A stretch of DNA of 64,000 nucleotides from a virus. Positions 50,009 through 57,465 of this stretch are shown here, one piece after another. The stretch is taken from the IMG/VR virus record IMGVR_UViG_3300044844_000928. One strand, written 5' to 3'. Below the pieces are notes generated by a model that worked only from the letters and a program-made list of their open reading frames with translations, searched no databases and was not told where the DNA came from. A program made the translations under genes and the position numbers. Position 1 is the stretch's first letter. The number at the start of each line of letters is the position of its first letter.

Positions 50009-50096
50009 GGTAATTCCTTTTATCGTTAGAATGATTAGTGCTGGTGGATATGGGGATATCGCGACCAGCTTTTTTTGTACAAAATATTTAGTAAAA
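49986..50096. repeat. Nuclease-associated cassette, copy 2
   Basis: Same scaffold as 35034-35147, with compensatory stem changes. Confidence 0.9.
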
Positions 50097-50127
50097 TACT
50101 AATTTTAACTTAACATATGGAAATTGT

Positions 50128-50817
50128 ATGGCAACCACAAGCAAAATTAAAAAATCTCGTCAAACTGCTCCTACTTTTGAACTTGACGAATTACAACCTG
50201 CCGAAATTGTTACCTTAACACATAACCAAAAACGCTACCTGAATTCGATAAAAACAAACGTATTGACTTTTGGTACAGGTTCTGCTGGAACAGGTAAGTC
50301 TTATGTTGCTATTGCTTACGCCGCTGAATTATTAAAAGCCAAAAAGATTAATAAAATTGTTCTCACTAGACCTATTCAAGAAGCTGGTGAACATTTAGGA
50401 TTTCTTCCAGGAGAATTAGAAGAAAAAACCTTGCCATATCTTCAGCCAATGTTGGATATTTTAAACAAAAGATTAGGCGCTTCTTTTACTGAATATTTGT
50501 TCAAACGGAAAATTATTGAATTTAGACCGTTAGCCTATATGCGAGGAAGTACATTTGAAGACAGTTTTATTATTCTTGATGAAGCACAAAATGTGAGTCC
50601 AGTTTCTATGAAAATGTTTTTATCAAGAATTGGAGAAAATAGTAAAGTTGTAGTTGATGGCGACATTCAACAAAAAGACATCAAAGGTGCTTCTGGTTTA
50701 TCTGATGCTGTTGATAGGTTGAAACATCTGAATAATGTAGGATGGGTTAATTTTGATATTGATGACATTGTTAGATCAGGTATCTGTAAAGATATTGTAA
50801 TTGCGTATTCCAATTAA
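50128..50817 (+). CDS. phoH: PhoH-family ATPase
   Basis: GSAGTGKS, LGFLPG, MRGSTF, LDEAQN, GD..Q.D, DIVRS. Confidence 0.95.
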   Translation: MATTSKIKKSRQTAPTFELDELQPAEIVTLTHNQKRYLNSIKTNVLTFGTGSAGTGKSYVAIAYAAELLKAKKINKIVLTRPIQEAGEHLGFLPGELEEKTLPYLQPMLDILNKRLGASFTEYLFKRKIIEFRPLAYMRGSTFEDSFIILDEAQNVSPVSMKMFLSRIGENSKVVVDGDIQQKDIKGASGLSDAVDRLKHLNNVGWVNFDIDDIVRSGICKDIVIAYSN

Positions 50818-50868
50818 AACAAAGCCGGCATAATAGCCGGCTTTTTTACACGTAAATTATTTTGTAAT

Positions 50869-52107
50869 TTACTGGCAATTGATTGGTATCCCATATTCTT
50901 TTACGAAATTTTTATCTAGGTAAATATTTATGTTTTTGTCAATTCTATAAAATTTAATCCTATTTCCATTTGGTGTAAATAATTTTACGTGTATAGTATC
51001 ATCGTAATCATTTGGATGTATATCTAATAATGATTTTAGCTGTGTGTGATAAACTATAATGCATTTATTTTTGGTTGGATCATAATCAAAATATCCAGGA
51101 GGATTTGGGCACATTTTATTTACAAATTTAAACTTCCCATTAATATCATATTTTCTAATTCCAATATTTCTTGATACAAACGGTTGTATGTGGTGTGCAT
51201 TAATATCTAATGGGTCTATCATTTCAAATTGATTAGATAAAATATTATAAAACAATGTAGAATAATTTTTTTCTTTATAGCGGCGCAGACGTTTTCTTTT
51301 TTCTGGTGTTAATACTACAGCTGGATATTTTTTTGATTTACGAGTTGCTGATATTTTAGCACCTATACGTTTCTTGTGCTCATTTGATCTATTTGCCCAT
51401 ATTTTTGTAACAATGTCACTTAAAATTTGTTTTGATTTTGTTATTGTCCAACCATCAAATAAAAGACGTTCGTATTCATCTGAATACTTAAACACTTCTA
51501 TTTCATTTTGCTCATAGTATAATTTTATTTTTGTGGTTTTTGAATGATAGCATTTCAGACTTGTTGATGTTAATTCTTTAGATGTTTCTGTTCTTGGTTT
51601 ATATGTTCTGCCTGTTGACATTGATACAAATTCTTTAGATACAACTCTAGGATCTGTTACTGAGCAATAAAATATAGCTCCATTGTTGTCAATATACGCG
51701 GCTTTACCTTTAGTGGATGTAGAACAATTTTGTGAAAATTCTATTTTAAAATTTTCATAAATTTTTGAATGTACATTATATGTGCGTTTTCTTGAATCTT
51801 TTGGCGATTGTTTGTTGCACATTGCCCAAAAGGCAAAAATTTGTGATCCTTTGTATGTTTTTGCTAATAAGTAATGAGCAATATAATGTTGTCGGTGTGT
51901 TAAATTTACAGCGTTCCATTTATTTGATTTGAATGATGCATATTCAGGAAAAAGATCATTTGCCTTTGGACAAATGTGATGTTTTTGTGTCTTATATTTT
52001 ATTGGAGGTTGATTGACATAATTTGATATAAATTTTATATATCTATTAAGATAATGTTGATTGTGTGGTTTGCTTGATAATATGGTATAAATACTTGTGC
52101 TGGTCAT
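50869..52107 (-). CDS. Putative HNH homing endonuclease (Mob-like)
   Basis: HHICPK...N.V.LT.RQHYIAH.LL; start at MTSTSIY (52107). Confidence 0.78.
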   Translation of the reverse strand: MTSTSIYTILSSKPHNQHYLNRYIKFISNYVNQPPIKYKTQKHHICPKANDLFPEYASFKSNKWNAVNLTHRQHYIAHYLLAKTYKGSQIFAFWAMCNKQSPKDSRKRTYNVHSKIYENFKIEFSQNCSTSTKGKAAYIDNNGAIFYCSVTDPRVVSKEFVSMSTGRTYKPRTETSKELTSTSLKCYHSKTTKIKLYYEQNEIEVFKYSDEYERLLFDGWTITKSKQILSDIVTKIWANRSNEHKKRIGAKISATRKSKKYPAVVLTPEKRKRLRRYKEKNYSTLFYNILSNQFEMIDPLDINAHHIQPFVSRNIGIRKYDINGKFKFVNKMCPNPPGYFDYDPTKNKCIIVYHTQLKSLLDIHPNDYDDTIHVKLFTPNGNRIKFYRIDKNINIYLDKNFVKEYGIPINCQ

Positions 52108-52195
52108 GGTAGATCCTTTTATCGATAGAATGATTAGTGCCACTGGGATGTAGGAGTCCGCGAGTGGCTTTTTTTGTACAAAATATTTAGTAAAA
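52085..52195. repeat. Nuclease-associated cassette, copy 3
   Basis: Same scaffold, here attached to an HNH gene. Confidence 0.9.
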
Positions 52196-52274
52196 ATAAA
52201 GCTTTACTTTTGGAAAAAACCGAGTATAATAGATCTTAATAAATAAGTAAGGTCAATATTAAAATGAGGTTCAA

Positions 52275-52616
52275 ATGTTAAGTTATACCGAATTCAAAAA
52301 TTTAAATGAAGCGGCTAAACCTAAAAAAGAAGCGCCGCTGAAAATCAGAAAAGTTAATTCAGATTGGTATCGTATTTCTATTGAGAAAAATAGTTTAGGG
52401 ATTGATTCTTCGGTTGTTGATATTTACAGAACAAGATTTAATGAATGGTCGGTAAATGAAGGGCAACCAGAATCATTTAAGAAAGTTGGCGATAAAGAAA
52501 GTTGGGTGTTTTCTAAATTAGCAACAGCTAAAAAGTATGCGCTTGATTTAGCTCAAGCGATTAAAGATGGCCAACCATGGCCAAGAATATCTAGCGGCAA
52601 TTATAGTGATTATTGA
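52275..52616 (+). CDS. Putative internal head protein
   Basis: N-terminus MLSYTEFKNLNE resembles the T4 capsid-targeting sequence. Confidence 0.55.
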   Translation: MLSYTEFKNLNEAAKPKKEAPLKIRKVNSDWYRISIEKNSLGIDSSVVDIYRTRFNEWSVNEGQPESFKKVGDKESWVFSKLATAKKYALDLAQAIKDGQPWPRISSGNYSDY

Positions 52617-52617
52617 T

Positions 52618-52917
52618 ATGTTAAGTTACAAAAAATTCAAAGAGTTAAATGAATCTGTAGTTAAATTCTATTCGGCTACGATTTCAGGTGGTCCAGGATT
52701 TACTGGAATTAGCGGTAAAGGAAACAAAGATGCTGTGGTATTTATTAACAGCAAAGGGGAATTTGGTTTCTTAGAAGGTAAAGACACTCCATATACTCCA
52801 AGCGGGGGTAGAAAGGTTTGGGATATGGTAAAAGATGCTTTACAGTTTAAACCATACGATTGGGGCGACCCAAGTAAAGGCGGATATTCCGTCAAACGTG
52901 GCGCTGAGTTAAAATAA
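52618..52917 (+). CDS. Putative internal head protein
   Basis: N-terminus MLSYKKFKELNE; start moved to 52618. Confidence 0.55.
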   Translation: MLSYKKFKELNESVVKFYSATISGGPGFTGISGKGNKDAVVFINSKGEFGFLEGKDTPYTPSGGRKVWDMVKDALQFKPYDWGDPSKGGYSVKRGAELK

Positions 52918-52930
52918 GAGGAATAAAATA

Positions 52931-53347
52931 ATGGATTTTCAAGAATTTAAAAATTCGGTCTTAGAAGAAGTAAGACACGGTAAAGTAATACAATTTGCGT
53001 CAAAGGCGCATGATATGTGGCGTAACCAACATATCAAAACTAATGGCGATGTTCCAAGAGTAAAAAAGAACAGCGACAGCACTGAAGGGGATATTAATGT
53101 ATCTTTTCACAAACTTCATCCAGATTGGAAAAAAGAAAATGTTGCTGCAGGTAAAGCCGCATTGGCTGCGGTTAAAAAACACCCAAATAATTTAGAAAAA
53201 GCCTCAGAACACGTGCATAACGAATGGATGAAACGTAATCCTAAACAAGATTATAATGCTCATCAACATAAACCATATAAAGATCTTCCAGAAGACGAAA
53301 AAGAAAAAGATAGAGTTCATGTTCGTCTTATGAAATCGTTAAAATAA
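52931..53347 (+). CDS. Putative internal head protein with RyR-like motifs
   Basis: MDFQEFKNSVLEE; H..W...PY.DLPEDEKEKDR. Confidence 0.5.
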   Translation: MDFQEFKNSVLEEVRHGKVIQFASKAHDMWRNQHIKTNGDVPRVKKNSDSTEGDINVSFHKLHPDWKKENVAAGKAALAAVKKHPNNLEKASEHVHNEWMKRNPKQDYNAHQHKPYKDLPEDEKEKDRVHVRLMKSLK

Positions 53348-53394
53348 TAATAAAGCCGGCTTAATTGTCGGCTTTTTCACATATAAAATAAAAC

Positions 53395-53454
53395 TTTACT
53401 TTATAGACCAATAAGACTATAATAGCCTAGTCGGGCGTGAATTGAGGTTAAGCG
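53395..53454 (+). repeat. Class A element, copy 4
   Basis: TTTACT at 53395, TATAAT at 53418, 31-mer to 53454; lies between a terminator and the class B promoter at 53490. Confidence 0.9.
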
Positions 53455-53561
53455 GGGTTAATTAATTTAAAAATAATTAAAAATAAAGCTTTACTTTTCT
53501 ATAAAACAGAGTATAATAGATATTAATGAAGTTATCCCTTGAATTAATTGGAGTGTTTGAT

Positions 53562-55103
53562 ATGTTTGGTATATATTTGAAAGGCGGCAGTATCGGTTCA
53601 AAAAGTGGTAAAGATAATATCTTATTCATTTTTGAAACTAAAGAAGAAGCAAAGGAACGCGCAAAAGACTGGAATAAAATGCTGACTCCTGGTGAAAAAT
53701 CATACTACGGTATGCGCTATATGGTTGTGACTCTTTAATTTTAATTTGAGGATATTATAATGGAAGCAATAGTTTTAACATTTTTACTATATTTTACACC
53801 GTCTCAAGTTGACCACGGCACTCCAGAAAAAATTACTATGGGATTTCAATCCTATGCTGAGTGTGAGTTTTATCTTGAACAGCATAAACCAGAAATTGAA
53901 CATGCGTTGGTTGACGGTTTATTAGGTTACTCAGCAAAATGCGAAATGGGTGAATAAATGAAAAAATTTGAAAAGTCTAATATGAAAATTGTGCTTGATA
54001 CTTTAGATGAAACAATTAAAAAAAGATGTAAACTGGCAGATAAATATCAAGCAAGTGGCGATCCGGTTAAGCATAAAATTGCCGCCGCCTTAGAAAATAA
54101 CCTTGACACTCTAGTAAAAATAAAATCTGAAATTATCCGCGCTGAAAAAGCCGCTGAAACTATTATATTTGGAGATTAAAATGGAAACTGCTGAATTTGT
54201 TGTTCCTTTAGTAAATAAAACATACACCGCCTTTGAAACCCAATATGCGGAAGGTTCTTTATTTGTAGTTGAAGCCTTACGTTGGGGTGACCGTGAAAAT
54301 CATAGTTATGTGATTGGTGTTTTCAATACTCGTGGGCAAGCGGAGTTAGCCGGTGAAGCTGAAGTGTCTTGGAGAGGAAATAAATATGAATATTGTATCA
54401 GTGAGCATAAACTAAATTTTATCCCTAAAGATAAACTTGATAATCATGCTGGGTGTAAATAATGAGCAATGTGAAATATTATTTTTTAGGTGATACCAGT
54501 TTAGCAAGAACTAATGTTATCACTATTGCATACGAAACAGATTATATGACAGGCGCTAACGGCTCAAAAATACCTGTTGTGACATTTGGTGTAGCCTTTT
54601 CTTCTAAGGTTGATGTGTATAGTAAAAAAGTAGGTAAACGGATTGCGGTAAATCGTATGCGTAGCCAACCGCGCAGAGAATGTTTAGAAAATTTTAGTTT
54701 TTACTGCATTGAAGATGCCATGTTTAAAAACATTTTAAATAACGAAGCGCCTACTTGGGCATGCTGTGTTATTTATGCTAAAATTGATTTTGCGTATAAT
54801 GAAATGCTAAACTTTCTTGCTATTGAAGCAGTTGCTAACAATTTGGAAACTATTGGGAAATTTACTTCACAAACTCCAAAAATTATTCAAGAAAATTGGT
54901 GGGGTGCAGTTGAATACGCTAAAGAGCATTGCTATAATGGGTGGCGTTTACCTACGGCAGCAGAATTGAAGAAATTGAATCTTGATGGAGAATTTTGGGC
55001 TTGTGATGGAACTGATGACGATCGTTCTGTATTCTTTTCTAACGGATTCATTTATCGGGGTGATAAAAGCGATACGCATAATGTAATTTTGGTTCGCGAC
55101 TAG
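53562..55103 (+). CDS. Five early hypothetical ORFs; the last (54462-55103) has a DUF1566/Lcl-like C-terminus
   Basis: W..A..Y......GWRLPT..EL in the last ORF. Confidence 0.5.
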
Positions 55104-55232
55104 TAATTAAGCCGGCTATATGTCGGCTTTTTCATGCCTAAAAATAATTTAAAATAAAGCTTTACTTTTGCGAAAAATAGAGTATAATAGATCTTAATGA
55201 AGTTATCCCTTAAATTAATTGGAGTGTATAAA

Positions 55233-55433
55233 ATGTCTACTGTAACCGCTGAAATTATTGAAACCCGTTCAAGAATTCTTGGAAAACTTTTTACTGCTAA
55301 AGTGTATGTTCCAATTGAAGGATATTACTCTATGGAAAAGTTATACTTCAATGGTAACACTAAAACTGAAGCAAAACGTAAAGCAAAGGCGGCGCTGAAA
55401 GTTTTAGGTTATACCGTACAATTTGGAGCATAA
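55233..55433 (+). CDS. Small basic early protein, paralogue A
   Basis: KVY.P.E...FNG.TKTEAK..A..A.K.LGY, shared with the next ORF. Confidence 0.65.
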   Translation: MSTVTAEIIETRSRILGKLFTAKVYVPIEGYYSMEKLYFNGNTKTEAKRKAKAALKVLGYTVQFGA

Positions 55434-55434
55434 T

Positions 55435-55635
55435 ATGCAAAATGTAAAAGCTGAAATCGGTAAAACAAAAGGAAAATTCCCTGAAAGATTTTTTATTGTT
55501 AAGGTGTATATTCCTGTTGAAAATGGTTCTTCAATGAAAATATCGTTTTTTAATGGAAAAACAAAAACTGAAGCAAAACATAATGCTGAAAAGGCAATGA
55601 AAACTTTGGGATATAAAATAAAATTTAAGGTATAA
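55435..55635 (+). CDS. Small basic early protein, paralogue B
   Basis: Tandem paralogue of 55233-55433. Confidence 0.65.
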   Translation: MQNVKAEIGKTKGKFPERFFIVKVYIPVENGSSMKISFFNGKTKTEAKHNAEKAMKTLGYKIKFKV

Positions 55636-55636
55636 T

Positions 55637-56017
55637 ATGCAACTTCCATTCAATTTATACGTTTATCATGATGATGTTAATAATAAAGGATTAACTTTAG
55701 GCGGGGATTATCCTTATAAAGCTAGGATTAACGCTACTGAAGTAGAATGGATTCCGATATATGATGAAGGCGATTATCGTTATATGATGAGAAATAAGTC
55801 TGAAATTTTCAAATACAACGAAAACGGCGATACCTTTGATGACGTATCTTATTATGAAGCGGAATACTCTACTGTCATTCAAAGCGACGATGAAACAGGA
55901 AACCCAATATATAATATTGTTGAAAGGTTTTATAATCCGTTAGATTGTAATGCTGGAATTTTAATATCATTTCCATATTATCTATTTGTAATCAAACAAT
56001 ACGAGGAACTATTCTAA
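55637..56017 (+). CDS. Hypothetical protein
   Basis: ORF track. Confidence 0.5.
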   Translation: MQLPFNLYVYHDDVNNKGLTLGGDYPYKARINATEVEWIPIYDEGDYRYMMRNKSEIFKYNENGDTFDDVSYYEAEYSTVIQSDDETGNPIYNIVERFYNPLDCNAGILISFPYYLFVIKQYEELF

Positions 56018-56145
56018 TGAAAACATATATCTTATTTATGATAGCGCTATTATTAACCGGTTGCGCCACATACGCACCATATCCACATCATTATCGCGGC
56101 TATTATTACGTCCCACACCATCATCACCATTACTCTCGTTGGTGA
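56017..56145 (+). CDS. 42-aa His/Tyr-rich lipoprotein (not in the ORF track)
   Basis: MKTYILFMIALLLTG-CATYAPYPHHYRGYYYVPHHHHHYSRW; GAGG RBS; TAATG translational coupling. Confidence 0.65.
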   Translation: MKTYILFMIALLLTGCATYAPYPHHYRGYYYVPHHHHHYSRW

Positions 56146-56238
56146 CATTATGAACGAAGTTACTGATTCAGAAGTTGTAATATTATTTTCGTTATTCGTG
56201 GCGTGGGTGTTTGTTTATTTTATTTGGGATGATGGTCA

Positions 56239-56631
56239 ATGAAAAGAGTATTTTTAGGCGGTACGTGTAACGGTTCAACTTGGAGAGATAAATTAATTCC
56301 TATGCTTGATATCGAGTATTTTAATCCTGTTGTTGATGACTGGAACGAAGAAGCTCGACTTGAGGAGTTAACTCAACGAAATGAGTGTGACTTTGTACTA
56401 TACGTTATTACACCGGAAATTAAAGGCGTTTACTCTATAGCTGAAGTCATTGATGATTCTAATAAGCGCCCATGGAAAACCATATTCGCAATTTTGTTAG
56501 AAGATACTGAATTATTCGACCCACAAATGCTCCATTCGCTTTATGCAACTGCTGATATGGTTAAACTGAATCTGGGTTCTGTATTTTATTCATTAGAAGA
56601 CATTGCGGATTACCTTAATGAGCAAGCCTAA
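56239..56631 (+). CDS. Nucleoside 2-deoxyribosyltransferase-like protein
   Basis: VFLGGTCN.S.WR..YFNPVVDDW..E..CD..LYVIT..GVYSIAE. Confidence 0.8.
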   Translation: MKRVFLGGTCNGSTWRDKLIPMLDIEYFNPVVDDWNEEARLEELTQRNECDFVLYVITPEIKGVYSIAEVIDDSNKRPWKTIFAILLEDTELFDPQMLHSLYATADMVKLNLGSVFYSLEDIADYLNEQA

Positions 56632-56836
56632 ATGGGAAGATGCCCCAAACTGGGCGCGGTATTTATGCAAAGATACTGACCATAAATGGCACTGGTTCGA
56701 GTTTTCTCCAACCTTAGTAGACGGAAAATGGATAACTGGATTTAAAACCAAACGTCTTTTTATTCAAAAGTTTAAGACCTCTATTTCTCCAGAAAATACC
56801 TATGAAACTCGTCCCCAAAAATTTATTTACAAATAA
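56618..56836 (+). CDS. Hypothetical protein (PKW.DAP.WA family)
   Basis: KPKWEDAPNWARYL..D....W.W.E. Confidence 0.55.
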   Translation: MSKPKWEDAPNWARYLCKDTDHKWHWFEFSPTLVDGKWITGFKTKRLFIQKFKTSISPENTYETRPQKFIYK

Positions 56837-56844
56837 GGAATATT

Positions 56845-57411
56845 ATGTTTTTATTAGATATAGAGACAACTGACACCGAATCTACTGCGGTTGTATTATC
56901 CGCCGGTATGGTTTATGTTGACGTTGATGCGTCTTACGAAAGTTTGATTCAAAATGGGGTGTTTGTCAAATTTGACGCTAAAGAACAAATCCAAAAATAT
57001 GGTAGAACATCATCCAAAGATACTATGGAATGGTGGTCTAAACAATGCGAACAAGCAAAAGAGTTTAGCATATACCCACATAAAAATGATGTATCGGCGC
57101 TTACCGGTATTCAAATCATTAAAGATTGGATGAAAAGCAAAACGCCTAATCCAGAAAAAGAACAGGTATTCATTAGAGGTTCGTTAGACCAAATGGTTTT
57201 TGACAGTTTATGTAAGGCGGTAGGCGTTGAAAGGATTACCGCATACAACATGTATCGTGACGTTAGAACCGCCGTTGATTTATTACATTCTACTTCCAAA
57301 AATGGATATTGTGAAGTCAAATTTGAAGGATTCAATAGAGATAATGTATTAAAGCATCACCCTACAGCAGACTGTGCCTTAGATGCTATGATGATAGTTC
57401 ATGGTGTGTAG
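56845..57411 (+). CDS. dexA: DexA-like DEDDh 3'-5' exonuclease
   Basis: LDIET, T..WW.KQ, RDVRT, H.P..DCA.D. Confidence 0.8.
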   Translation: MFLLDIETTDTESTAVVLSAGMVYVDVDASYESLIQNGVFVKFDAKEQIQKYGRTSSKDTMEWWSKQCEQAKEFSIYPHKNDVSALTGIQIIKDWMKSKTPNPEKEQVFIRGSLDQMVFDSLCKAVGVERITAYNMYRDVRTAVDLLHSTSKNGYCEVKFEGFNRDNVLKHHPTADCALDAMMIVHGV

Positions 57412-57465
57412 GTTTACTTTAGGCAACAAACAAAGTATAATTAGTCTTTTTGGTAAGGAGTTTTG

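Noticed and set aside
34316-52107. Endonuclease genes as group I intron ORFs
   Set aside because: They lie between intact genes, not inside them, and I could not recognise intron core elements.
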